Notes under the pieces: model-generated
Databases searched by the model: none
Told to the model about the DNA's origin: nothing
Seen by the model: the letters and a program-made list of their open reading frames with translations, nothing else
Assembly: GCF_001194135.2 (NCBI RefSeq)
Contig: NC_068987.1
Span: 95,387,191 to 95,450,495 of the forward strand
DNA from: Octopus bimaculoides
Lineage: Eukaryota
Direction of reading: 5' to 3'
DNA length: 63,305 bases
Made by a program: the position numbers and the translations under genes
Shown: positions 1 through 12,620 of the stretch, one piece after another
Numbering within the stretch: the first letter of the stretch is position 1
Layout: each line of letters begins with the position of its first letter

Positions 1-531
1 CCATATATATTTTTTTCCTCCCTCTCCACTAGTGTTTGTGTGCATGTGTTTGTATGTATGTGTGCACGCATGGATGTATATGAGTGTTCTTGTGTATGTA
101 TATGTATGTGTGTGTATATTTGTGTGTGTGTGCATGATCGAAAGAGAAGTCAGACCCAATATTTTACACAATATTCGAGACAGCTCTACACGGTGACAAA
201 CAGAAATTAACAAAAAAAAAAAAATCATTAACAATATAATTTATCATTCTAACGTTGTCACTAAGACTACAAAAACAAAAGCCCATTTCACTAGTAAAGG
301 AAGGGGACTATCAGTTACAAACTTGCCTCAGGAGAGACCAAGCATATATCTGTATACATTAGATTTACCATTCTCCACTATAATTCTTTCAAGCACCAGC
401 ACATCATCACATACTTGTCTGATCAAGTATAAAACTGGCATGACACATTGCTGTAACACCCATTAAGCACCCTCTCTTCTAACATTCGTAGTGTCACGCC
501 CTCTCATTTATCTCTGCTACGTCGCACATGT

Positions 532-532
<1 letters not shown>

Positions 533-572
<40 letters not shown>

Positions 573-583
573 CATTTTGCTAT

Positions 584-642
<59 letters not shown>
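533..642. repeat. (TATC)n followed by (CT)n microsatellites
   Basis: Direct reading: (TATC)n 533-572, (CT)n 587-642. Confidence 0.97.
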
Positions 643-644
<2 letters not shown>

Positions 645-1232
645 AAATATAACTTAGATTCAGTTGAATTTGGTACTTAAATAAAACCACCTTCTTAGGA
701 CGAACTTATCTGCACACTCAGACAATATTAGGTGAGTATCAACCTCTACACAGAATTTTTTTCAACCCGATATTAATCTAACGCATACAGATGGCACTAT
801 GAATGACACGCTGATGACCGTAATGAGTTGACATATATATATATATACATATATATATATATTTCTCCACAATATCAATTATATATANNNNNNNNNNNNN
901 NNNNNNNNNNNNNNNNNNNNNNNNNNNNNNNNNNNNNNNNNNNNNNNNNNNNNNNNNNNNNNNNNNNNNNNNNNNNNNNNNNNNNNNNNNNNNNNNNNNN
1001 NNNNNNNNNNNNNNNNNNNNNNNNNNNNNNNNNNNNNNNNNNNNNNNNNNNNNNNNNNNNNNNNNNNNNNNNNNNNNNNNNNNNNNNNNNNNNNNAATAT
1101 AATATAATATATAATATAATATGATATAATATATATAAATATACACTAATATAAACAGCCATACGAACATATATTTTTCATACGCACATACACTCATATC
1201 TATACATATATGTGCGTGTATGTATATATACA

Positions 1233-1236
1233 TGTG

Positions 1237-1305
<69 letters not shown>
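1233..1305. repeat. (GT)n microsatellite
   Basis: Direct reading. Confidence 0.97.
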
Positions 1306-1307
<2 letters not shown>

Positions 1308-1589
1308 ATTACTGCTTGTTCTTCTCTTTTGTCAAAAGAAAAAAATAAGCTAAGGGGCCACTTTACAGTTTTGTAGAGTACAAATTTATTATTCTTAATC
1401 AAGCATATAATTGACTATGACTTCAAAGTTTCGACTAGTAAAGCCATTGGCCCTTTAAGATCAGAAAATATTTTATTCCCATCAGTTGATGACTCGCTAC
1501 AAAACTAACAACAACCCAGGATGTAGTATTGCTCCCGCATCTAGAGATTTGCCGTTGCTACCTAGGAGAAAATAAATTACTCAACACAC

Positions 1590-2900
1590 TATCATCGCAC
1601 AGCATCCAATACTGTGATTTTGTAGACTGAAGATGTTGTGTGTACCGGTGGTCTGCACTGTCTGTCAAATCACAACAAATACTTCAGACAGTACTTTAAC
1701 GCAGTATACGTGTGTTCCAAGTAAAGCCGATTTTCGCAGTACACCAACATTGTAAGGTATTTCTAAAGTTTCCGGATGTTTCTTCAGGTTCAATCGTATC
1801 GAACCCAACGTTTCCATTGACAACAGAGACGAATTTTATGTTTGATTCTTGCAGCTGCCACATCTTGGTGATCTCAATTCTCAGGTCTCCATATTCATCA
1901 ACCTTTTGTCTTTCTTTGATGGTAATATGTCGATCTCCTGGCATTGCCATACCAATTATTAAAGCATTCTTCTTTATCCCACCTAAAAATTATTGTCTGT
2001 GTGAAAGTCAAGTTCTTTACCTCACTCTTTTCGTCAATTACCTTTTCCGGTATATGTTGGAACCAAGCTCGTATCCATACCGAAACCTCGTGTCTGGCAT
2101 AGTAACCAGTGAATGTTTTGGCCTACTTGATCGTGTCTGCGTCTCTACTCTTTCTGCGCAAGACTTTCGTAAGCACTAGCAATGGGAATCACGCTTCCGA
2201 CCTTCTTCCTACACATTCTGAGGTTTGTTGCACATATGTGGTATATGTTTCTTTTCACTGAGTTAGTATTCAATGCCTGGTCTAGGGCAGCGTTGATTAA
2301 GCTTTCAGTCTTCTTTATAAAGTCACCTTGCTGAGTCACCTCCATGAGGCTTCCTAATCTTTTAAGTTGTTAGTTTCACGTTGGAACTGACCTTGTAATT
2401 CCCACACGGAGTAAAATACATTAACACTCTCAAATCCATTGCTGGTAAATCCTTCTGCATTAGCAGCATACTGAACTAGGTCTTGCTTGCTGTTTACCAG
2501 ATGCTCTACCATATTTCACCTTCCACTGTTGATGCACTCCCGTACACTCGTTTATCACAAGGTGGACCTTGCTACTTTTGGATTCTTTTCGGCATCTTTT
2601 ATGTTCTACCGGAAGTTGATTGTTTTCCGCAAGGAAAATATACTTTTCTCTGTGGGCGATGCCACTTAGCACTTTCCATAAGACGCTAAGGCACGTGATG
2701 GGCCGGTAATTATTAATCCCAATGCCATTTGACCAATCTTTCATCAACAATGCTTCTTTCTCTCTACAAGCTATTCCGGAAATGCACCACTATGTAGGCA
2801 ATTGTCTAATTGCATCATAATTCGTTTGTGTGTTGACCTAAACTACTTCAGCTAGTAACCTTGGATCCCGTCTGGTCTTGTCTCTTTCCAGCTTCGCAGT
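1590..2900 (-). mobile_element. R4/Dong-like non-LTR retrotransposon remnant with a large internal deletion
   Basis: Minus-strand peptides: NNYRPITCLSVLWKVLSGI (early RT), KTESLINAALDQALNT...LRMC..IASAYESLAQKE.RRRHDQV (CCHC region), MPGDRHITIKERQKVDEYGDLRIEITKMW (RLE C-terminus). The 3' UTR matches the copies at 3326-3625 and 54350-54445. Confidence 0.88.
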
Positions 2901-2977
2901 TTTAATACCTGTATAATTACATCTTCTAATGTTATGTGTACATGGTACTTGTCATTATTATTATTATTATTATTATT

Positions 2978-3252
2978 TTATGTTTGACTTTTGTTTTGCA
3001 TTTGTACAAGTTGGATCCAAGTCTCACCCAGAGACCTCAAGAGACAACAAGTTAGAAGTTCATGTAGGTGTTATGCCTAGGGTACCATATATTTGGATTT
3101 GTACAGTTTTGTTCAAGTGAATGTTTAAGAAACCATAAGAAAATTATGTGTTTGCTTTAAAATTTGAGATCACATAGACAGTATTTTACGTAGGATATGG
3201 GCAGTTTCCATGAGCACTATCTTTTGAACTTCAGCCATTTTGGGGTTTCCTG

Positions 3253-3254
<2 letters not shown>
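2978..3254 (-). mobile_element. 5'-truncated R4/Dong-like 3' end (working subfamily B) between (TAT)n tracts
   Basis: Minus strand encodes IPGNPKMAEVQKIVLMETAHILRKILSM*, then a 3' UTR ending GTCAAACATAAAA(TAA)n. Confidence 0.85.
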
Positions 3255-3307
<53 letters not shown>

Positions 3308-3325
3308 CATTATTATCATTATTAT

Positions 3326-3624
3326 AGACGTCACATAGTATACAATATCGTGAGGTTGTTCATTGAAGATATTGTGTTTACTGGGGGTTTGTACTGTTTG
3401 TCAAGTCACAAGGACGTCAGACAAACAGTACTTTACGCAATATGCGTGCAGTTCCCAGTAATGCCGACTTTTGTAATACATCTAGATTGTAGGGTATTTC
3501 TAAGGTTTTCAGATGTTTTTTTCAGACTGGGTGGTATTGAAGCCAATGCTCCGATGACAGTATGGATAACCTTTATGTTCGACTCTCGTAGCTGCCACAT
3601 CTTAGCGATCTCGATTCTCAGGTC

Positions 3625-3625
<1 letters not shown>
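3326..3625 (-). mobile_element. 5'-truncated R4/Dong-like 3' end (working subfamily A) between (TAT)n tracts
   Basis: Minus strand encodes DLRIEIAKMWQLRESNIKVIHTVIGALASIPPSL...LQKSALLGTARILRKVLFV*, UTR ending GACGTCT then (ATA)n. Homologous to 54140-54445. Confidence 0.9.
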
Positions 3626-3680
<55 letters not shown>

Positions 3681-3695
3681 GTTATTGTTATTGAA

Positions 3696-4064
3696 AAGGT
3701 GGCGAGCTGGCAGAATCGTTAGCACGTCGTGCAATATACTTAGCAGTATTTCGTCTGTCTTTACGTTCTGAGTTCAAAATTCTGCCGAGATCTACTTTGC
3801 CTTTCATCCTTTCGGGGCTGATAAATTAAGTACCAGTTGCGCACTGGGGTCGATCTAATCGACTGGTCCCCTCCCCCAAAACTTCGGGCCTTGTACCTAG
3901 AGTAGAAAAGAATCGTTAGCACGCCGGGCGAAATGCTTAGCGGTATTTCGTTTGTCTTTACGTACGTTCTGTGTTTAACACTGGAGTTTGTGTAAAGGAC
4001 TGTCCTCTCCCCACCCACCACCAAAATTTCCGGCCATGTGTCTTTAGTAGAAAGGATTATTATT
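3696..4064 (+). mobile_element. tRNA-type SINE family 1 (working label): one full copy plus a deleted tandem copy
   Basis: A-box-like TGGCAGAATCG and B-box-like GAGTTCAAAATTC. Homologous copies at 7671, 37149 and 63051. The second copy restarts at ATCGTTAGCACG (about 3912) and ends in (ATT)n. Confidence 0.88.
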
Positions 4065-5159
4065 AATATTGCCAGATATATATTTAAAGTAGTACACATT
4101 GTATATAAATGTACGAAACAGAGGTGCGGAACTCGTTTCTACATATTACTGTGATAAGCTACTCCTCAAACTAATGATTATCCTCAGTTTTCTATTAAGA
4201 TCCTTCCATTGTTTTCTTCAACAAAATCTAGAAAGTATGTTGCATGTATCATCAACCTATGTCTTCCTTAAACTCCGAATGAAAGAACACATGATGATAT
4301 AGTCTTTTCTGTTTTTTTTTTTAAAGTTGTATATCTTGTTTAAGCCAGTGTATTAGCAAAATGTAAGATTTTAGATTGACACAGTATGTATTCACACTGC
4401 GATATAGTTCTCAACGTATATTTCTGACTTCAGCATATCTTGAAGTTTCCTGTCATGTCTGGAGATATTAAAGGCGGTTACGAAGAGACGAAATGGATAA
4501 TACTAGTATTCTTTGATGAAATACGGTACAATAACACTGACAGATAAGAAAAATAAATATAGAGGAACCAAGATAAAAATGGGAAATGGGAGTACACGCA
4601 ATGACAGAAGGATAAATATATTGTAAAACAAAAAATAATGAGAAAAAGAGAGGAGGGAGACAGTAATAAATAGTTTGAAATGGAGATGCGGTGGATACAG
4701 TGTAAGAAGGGAAAAGGGGCGAAATTTCGTTTGTGGTTTGTATTGTCCATCAAGTTTCTTTATGGCATTTGTGAACATGCATACATACATACATACATTA
4801 CATTCATTCATGTATGTACGTGTGTTTTGTGCGTGTTCTGTATGCACACACACGCACACATGCACATACATTAAAAATTGACGGTGTACGTTGGATTTTG
4901 TACTACTCATTAATAAGAATAGTTAGGAACAATCTCGCCTTGGATAAAACCCAATGTAGTCAACCTGCCAATCTGAACAAATAAACAGTTCTGTTCATTC
5001 AATCCCACCCATTAAGTTTTGTATGTAATAACGATTGCAAGATGTAAAGTTTGTGTTATTAAGAATCATTCATCATTTATATAACCGCAGGCACACAGCA
5101 GTCTGATCAAGAAGCTCGTGTTGCTGCCTCGCAGTTTCTTCTTAATTTCCACTAAACTG

Positions 5160-5345
5160 ACACTCACTGCGTGGTACCCACTGCACAGTACCCACAGATT
5201 AGGAGAGACCAATGCCTCGTGAGTTAATTTAGGAGACAGAAACTGTGTGGATGCCCACACCGCTGGACAACTGATGTTGTTTTGTTTCCTTACACGTAAC
5301 TTAGCAGTTCCCCAAAAGCAATAGAATAAAAATATGACTTTAAAA
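5160..5345 (+). mobile_element. Degenerate SINE family 2 copy
   Basis: Patchy similarity (CACTGCGTGG, GTAACTTAGCAGTTC, AATAGAATAA) to the family 2 copies at 16219-16801 and 48136-48517. Confidence 0.5.
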
Positions 5346-5623
5346 CATCAGCGCTTATCCTCTGCGTAAAACGGAACTAATGAAACTGAGCACAACCTCT
5401 TTGTTGAGGTACCATACAGAATTCCTAAAAAGTTTTGTTTAATAATTTATCGTAAATTTAGAAAGTATGTTGTCCCCTTGTCAATTTCGCATAGTTTTGA
5501 ATGCAGCAACAAATTCCTTAATTGGCCAAAAACAAGATTATTTGGTCAACCAGATGAAGACGTTCAATATTTGTTTCTAATATCTGAGAACAAAAATAAT
5601 ATTAATAAATCAAATAATGAAAC

Positions 5624-5834
5624 TGGCACCCTAGGCATAACACCAACTTGAACTTCTAGCCTGTTGTCTCTTGAGGTCTCTGGCTGACACTTGGAGCCAA
5701 GATGTAAAAATATAAAGCCAAAGTCAAACAAAGAAGAAGAAGAAGAAGAAGAAGAAGAAGAAGAAGAAGAAGAAGAAGAAGAAGAAGAAGAAGAAGAAGA
5801 AGAAGAAGAAGAAGAAGAAGAAGAAGAAGAAGAA
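5624..5834 (+). mobile_element. R4/Dong subfamily B 3' UTR fragment followed by (GAA)n
   Basis: 5624-5730 is the reverse-complement homologue of about 2980-3088 (CCCTAGGCATAACACC...TTGTCTCTTGAGGTCTCTGG...AAAGTCAAACA). (AAG)n runs 5731-5834. Confidence 0.82.
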
Positions 5835-7670
5835 ATAACGAGAATGATAGAAAAAGAACTTCAATAAGAATATTAGAAAATCTTTCATCAGTTGTGGAGC
5901 CTTAGGCAGATGTATATTTGGCAGAATATGAACTTGTGATCCTGGAGCCAAATTTCCGGGTCTGAATCAATTGAAACCAATGTTCAGCACTTGATAGACA
6001 TAAAGTTCTTTTGTTTAGGCAATTAGCGCTTAGTTGTATTTCAGACTTTGAAGTTAGTGACGGCGTGTGTTGGCAAGGCTTGGCAAAATGGTGGGGTTTC
6101 AGTTTTTCTAATTGGTGATCGGGCAGAATGCCTGTGCCAAAGCTAAGATAGTATTGTTAATCAATAAGACCTTAATTGAGAAATGAGAAGATTCGATAAT
6201 TGTGTGATATGTTGAATCCTTATTTTATGCAAAGTAGAAATGTATTCTCATTTAATTAGAACAACGGAACATTCCACTCTATTTGTGTATAAACAGAGGC
6301 CTTCAATTAATTTGTATTGAACAGCCATAAGAAATTTACAGAAACTGTACTTAGTGGTGTTGCTCTACTTGCTACCAATGTAGTGAAAGTGCTCGTTATG
6401 TTTATTGATACTATTGCATCAGGCTGGTTTTAGCATCACCAGCTTCTTGAAGAAAACTATCCGAATATCCAACAGAAAGTGTATATATATATATATATAT
6501 ATATATAATCAAAATAAGCAACAGGATATCATTGCTTATTTTGATTTTGTTCACCTTTGAGTTGTACGGATAATTCCGCACTGACTTGGTGCTTCAACTT
6601 AAGTACCTAATTCAATTGAATCTCAATTATTTCTTATATATATATATATATATATATATTAAATAGTATTACTTCAACCAGAATTAGAAAACACATTTAT
6701 ATTTTAAACGTATATTCTTATACACATACAATATATATATGTATGTGTACCATATCTTTGATGAACCAATCAAAGGAGTTCTATGAGACAGCTTGAACTG
6801 CTAGAAATAATAATCAACTTTGTCTCAAATTGCATCCATCCAACTCTCTTTGCAAAAATGAATTTATGATATGATGGGTTTCGGGCGAATTGTGTGTGGA
6901 AAATTAACACGATGATCATGATAGCTCTAGATTCATTTGATCAGAGTTGACCAGAGAATGCACAAAGCCAAATTTAATATAAGCTGTATAGCTTATTTGT
7001 AAAGATAATCTCATTTTTTCAGCTCAGGTGTGACCTGTTTTCTTTAAGTCTCTCAGATGTGAGAGATTTGCTTACTATTTCTACAGGTTGTGTATAGAGG
7101 TTGTTTTGTTTTCTCGGTCTATGTTTGTTGTTATTAGCGTTATTATGTTCTTCTATATAAATACATACTTTTTTTATATTTGGCCTTCATATTTCTTTTT
7201 TCCAAGTTGTTTCATTTGTGGAGATGGATTAGATGTTGCTAGTTTCCTTTGTCGTCGTTTGATGTGAAAAATTGGTGTTATCATCCTTTGTATTCAAAAC
7301 AGAACCAATTATATTTTATAGCCACTATAGACATATAGAAAACACATTTGTGTCTGCTCCTAGACCATACAGAATGTGAATAAGCATGGCATGTCTTACA
7401 TTAGCTTTAAAAAAGTTCCATGTTATCACAAACCTCGCTAATAAACCAGAAGCCATTATGTTTGTTAAGTTATATCGTCTCCTTTTTAACTGGGCTGAAC
7501 GCTTCTTGTATGACTGTGTTCAACAAAAGAGTCTTCTACCAGATATTTCAACAAAGATCGTGTAATAGAAAAACACGATTGAAATAACGCCATTATCTTA
7601 ATAGGGTCTTTCTATTTCATGAAAAAATAATGAAACTGAAATAATTAATATGTTAACTGAAGAATTAATG

Positions 7671-7883
7671 TTCTTTTCTATTCTAGGCACAAGGCCCGAA
7701 ATTTTGAGGACGGAGGCTAGTCGATTAGATCGACCCCAGTGCGCAACTGGTACTTAATTTATCGACCCCGAAAGGATGAAAGGGAAAGTCACCTCGTCGG
7801 AATTTAAACTCAGAACGTAAAGACAGACAAAATACTGCTAAGCATTTCGTCCGGCGTGCTAACGTTTCTGCCAGCCCACCGCC
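7671..7883 (-). mobile_element. SINE family 1, near full length
   Basis: Reverse complement of 3696-3912 along its whole length. Confidence 0.9.
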
Positions 7884-10364
7884 GTATGGATGCCATTTAT
7901 ATTATTCTTTTAGTATTCCATTATTTCTATGTTGTTTTTGTTTCCGAAAAATAATTATTTTTGTAGAAAAATGACTTGACAAATGTTTTGAAAAGTCGCA
8001 ATTACAAGCTTTCGGGGTCTACAAATTGACGACGCCGCAAATTCTGTTGGTTGACAGTATTTATCATCCCGTCAGAGAAATGATTAAATCAATGGCAGAA
8101 ATATCTGACTGTTAATGACCAAGAAATCATATCTATATGTATGAATAGAGCTTTAACCGAGTATTGCCCAACTTGTGCTTTATTAGCATGCTTATCTACT
8201 GACAATCGAATCTATTTAAAAACAGCAGAGTATGACCTTAAGTGCATTTTTCTCAAGAATACTTTTTAGACCCAAGATTGTTAAATTAAATGAAGCCGTA
8301 AAATTTCCAGACGAGGGACAGTGGGGCTGTGCATTAAAATGCGCCTAAATAATAAAATGCAAACAACGGACGACTAAGAAACCACAGAGATTTCATGTCA
8401 CTCTACTCACCAGGTGCACCATGGTACATGCTCCTCTCTTCTCAGTAAATTCTACCTTAAAGGATCATATTTGTAGTAGGCCCTTCATACAACCTCTTTC
8501 GCCATAGCTAAAAGACGGAGAAAAACTACCTTCCTTCCCTGCCAAAAGAATGTAGCGGAGCGATCATCTCGATGGATATGGCCGATAGTCACATCTATTC
8601 TATACGCGACAACAGCTGCTCGACAAATCTCCACAAATCAACATTGCCTGGGTACTGGACGGATGCATCCAGAACGGTTTCATCTCGAACCGGATGAGCC
8701 TTTCCGTAGGATTGTCTGGCCAGGGACTTCTGGAAATTATCCGAAAGTCCCTCTGGAAAAGTCTAGATAATTGATATCTCTCGAGGGAGCAACTATTTTT
8801 TTTTTAAATTTAGATCGATTAAAGCATCGATAAAAAAATGTTGAAAATAGATATATAAGAATTTACATCAAAGTAAGTGAAGCAATAAATAGTAGTTCTT
8901 TATATATTGTGTAAAACACAACTTGTCGACGACAACGTTGGAATAAATTGCCCACGGATATCGCATCTCATTTCTGCTTTATAAATAACAACAGTGACAA
9001 TCATTATCTAAACTAATCTGACAACTGTCGACAGTTGAAATTATTATAGTGAATACATAAGGAATTATTTATAACTCAATTTACATATTAGCTGCTTCTT
9101 AAATATTCATTATCGAAATCGCTATTGATTCAAACGAACCGAATAATATTTACTTTCTTACTTGTTCGGTTAAAACTTTTAATCTTCACAATTAAGATCA
9201 GAAGTATTTTTATTTTGGTTGTTCGGTATATAATAGACAGGAGGTTCAATTCCAGTAGGTGATTTTGCCAAATTTTCCCGTTGACAAGTCATAATTTAAA
9301 TGATTTTTTTTTAAAGAAACTATTATTAAAATATCTCTTTGCATTACTATATATATATATATATATATNNNNNNNNNNNNNNNNNNNNNNNNNNNNNNNN
9401 NNNNNNNNNNNNNNNNNNNNNNNNNNNNNNNNNNNNNNNNNNNNNNNNNNNNNNNNNNNNNNNNNNNNNNNNNNNNNNNNNNNNNNNNNNNNNNNNNNNN
9501 NNNNNNNNNNNNNNNNNNNNNNNNNNNNNNNNNNNNNNNNNNNNNNNNNNNNNNNNNNNNNNNNNNNNNNNNNNNNNNNNNNNNNNNNNNNNNNNNNNNN
9601 NNNNNNNNNNNNNNNNNNNNNNNNNNNNNNNNNNNNNNNNNNNNNNNNNNNNNNNNNNNNNNNNNNNNNNNNNNNNNNNNNNNNNNNNNNNNNNNNNNNN
9701 NNNNNNNNNNNNNNNNNNNNNNNNNNNNNNNNNNNNNNNNNNNNNNNNNNNNNNNNNNNNNNNNNNNNNNNNNNNNNNNNNNNNNNNNNNNNNNNNNNNN
9801 NNNNNNNNNNNNNNNNNNNNNNNNNNNNNNNNNNNNNNNNNNNNNNNNNNNNNNNNNNNNNNNNNNNNNNNNNNNNNNNNNNNNNNNNNNNNNNNNNNNN
9901 NNNNNNNNNNNNNNNNNNNNNNNNNNNNNNNNNNNNNNNNNNNNNNNNNNNNNNNNNNNNNNNNNNNNNNNNNNNNNNNNNNNNNNNNNNNNNNNNNNNN
10001 NNNNNNNNNNNNNNNNNNNNNNNNNNNNNNNNNNNNNNNNNNNNNNNNNNNNNNNNNNNNNNNNNNNNNNNNNNNNNNNNNNNNNNNNNNNNNNNNNNNN
10101 NNNNNNNNNNNNNNNNNNNNNNNNNNNNNNNNNNNNNNNNNNNNNNNNNNNNNNNNNNNNNNNNNNNNNNNNNNNNNNNNNNNNNNNNNNNNNNNNNNNN
10201 NNNNNNNNNNNNNNNNNNNNNNNNNNNNNNNNNTATATATATATATATATATATATATGAGTGTCCAATAACAGTGTACTTATTCCACGTCCTTGCGTTT
10301 TTTTCGTGTTTGAATATATATATAGATATATATATAAGCTTTGTATACCACATCAATAGATTCT

Positions 10365-12620
10365 TTCGGCATGAGTGAAAGGCAAAACCCAATTGGTTCA
10401 GTGGTGGGCTCTCAGGGATGGAACCAGTTATCGAAGCAAAGCGCGCAGCTCTGATGCAATACAAGAGTGATTCATCTACAAAGTCACTCGAAGAACTCAG
10501 AAAGGCAAGAAATAAAACCCAGCTGACTGCCAGACGCCGTGCAAATAGATATTGGCAGGAAATCTGTCAGAGAATCCAGTCAGCCGCTGACAGTGGCGAC
10601 ATCCTTGGGATGTATGCCGGTTTGAAGAAGGCCCTCGGTCCAACCACAACCAAGTCAGCCCCTCTGAAATCAACTACTGGAGATCTCATCAAGGACCAAG
10701 GAAAGCAAATGGATAGATGGGTGGAGTACAACCAGGATCTTTACTCACGGGAGACCATGGTCGCTGAGGTTGCAATCGAGGGTGTCAAGATCTTGCCAGC
10801 CATGTACGAACGTGACAATCTGCTGTCTATAGCGGAGCTCACCAAGGCTATTGACTCCCTAGCCAGTGGCAAGGCTTCGGGAAAAGACGGCATCCCCTCG
10901 GAGATCATCAAAGCCGGCAAAAACACCGCTTTGCTTCGGCACCTTCACGAGCTTCTGTGCCGATGCTGGGAAGAGGGTACAGTCACTCAAGATATGCGGG
11001 ATGCCAACATCATTACACTTTACAAAAACAAAGGTGACCGTGGTGATGTAACAATTACCGTGGAATATCTCTTCTCAGCACTGTTAGAAGGACCTTTGCT
11101 TGCGTTATCCTATCCAGGCTACAACTACTTGCTTCTCGAATTTATCCAGAATCGCAGTGTGGCTTTAGAAGAAGTAGATCAACTATTGACATGAAATACT
11201 CCATGCGCCAACTTCAGAAGAAGTCCAGAGAGCAGAAAATGTCCTTATATATGGCCTTCATTGATCTGACAAAGGCCTTTGACTTGGTAAGTAGAAAAGG
11301 CCTCTTCCTCCTGCTTCAAAACATCGAATGTCCACCAAAGCTGCTGAGGATCAACAAATCTTTCCATGATGATATGCAAGGCGCCATGCAGCACAATGGT
11401 TCAACATCAGCTGCCTTCCAAATAAAAAACGGGGTAAAGCAAGGCTATGTCCTTGCTCCTACATTATTTGGCATCTTCTTCTCACTGCTGCTGTCACATG
11501 CCTTTGAGACATCAGATGATGGAGTGTTTCTGCACAGTAGAAGTGACGGGAAACTGTTCAATCTCTCGCGTCTGTGGGCGAAGACCAAAATCAGAAGCGT
11601 CCTGATCAAGGAGATGCTCTTTGCTGATGATGATGCTCTGGTATCACACACAGAAAAAACCCTGCAAAGGCTCCTCAACTGCTTTGAGCAAGCATGTAGA
11701 GACTTTGGTTTAGTTATCAGCCTCAAGAAGACCAACATCATGGGTCAGGCTACATCAGACATCCCAAACATACATATTGAAGACCACAGACTACAGGAGT
11801 TGGAGAAGTTTACCTATCTTGGCTCTACCGTCACCTACAACCTATCCCTTGATGCCGAGCTCAATATACGCATTGGCAAGGCAGCTGCTGTGATGGCCCA
11901 ACTTTCCAAACGGGCATGGGACAAAAACAAGCTGACCAAGACCACAAAAATGAAGATTTACTAGGCATGTGTACTTAGCACTCGACTGTATGGCAGTGTG
12001 ACCTGGACGCCATACACACACCAAGAGCGTCGCCTAAATATCTTTCACCTGCACTGCCTCCAGAAAATCCTTGGCATCAAATGGTAGAATCGTGTCCCCA
12101 ACAAAGATGTCCTCAAGCAAGCAGGAATACCAAGCATGTTTGCACTCTTCACACAAAGACGTATGAGATGGCTTGGACATGTTAGTCGTATGGAAGATGG
12201 CAGAATCCCCAAGGACATACTCTATGGAGAGCTTGCTAGGAACGCTAGGTCTGTTAGAAGACCATTCTTATGATACAAGGATGTTTGCAAAAGGGACATG
12301 AAGGCATGTTATAACAATATTTGCAACTGGGAAGCGGTTGCCAGCAACCGTGGAGATTGGCGGCGCACCATAGAAGAGGGAACACAAAGGAGTGACAGAG
12401 GGAGAGAGGAGAAATGGAAAGACAAGAAAAGACGTCAACAAGAAACTATGACTTTACAACCAGCCAGGCAAAGTCTTCGCTACATTTGCGGCACCTGCCA
12501 GAGGGAGTGTTTGTCCCGGATAGGACTACACAACCACAGCAGGAGAGGTATTAGGACATGAAATGTAAAAACCGGACTAGATTATTTTATGCGCAACTCC
12601 ATTGTCTCCCGAGACAAAAA
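10365..12620 (+). mobile_element. RTE-clade LINE, 5'-truncated ORF2 (reverse transcriptase) pseudogene
   Basis: ORFs 10418-11194, 11191-11964 and 12298-12561 join through one frameshift (about 11047, restoring CNNYRGISLLS) and three in-frame stops. Motifs: KASGKDGIP, YPESQCGFR, AFIDLTKAFDLV, GVKQGYVLAPTLF, LFADD, FTYLGS, RRMRWLGHVSRM, C-terminal CGTCQRECLSRIGLHNH. Confidence 0.95.
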
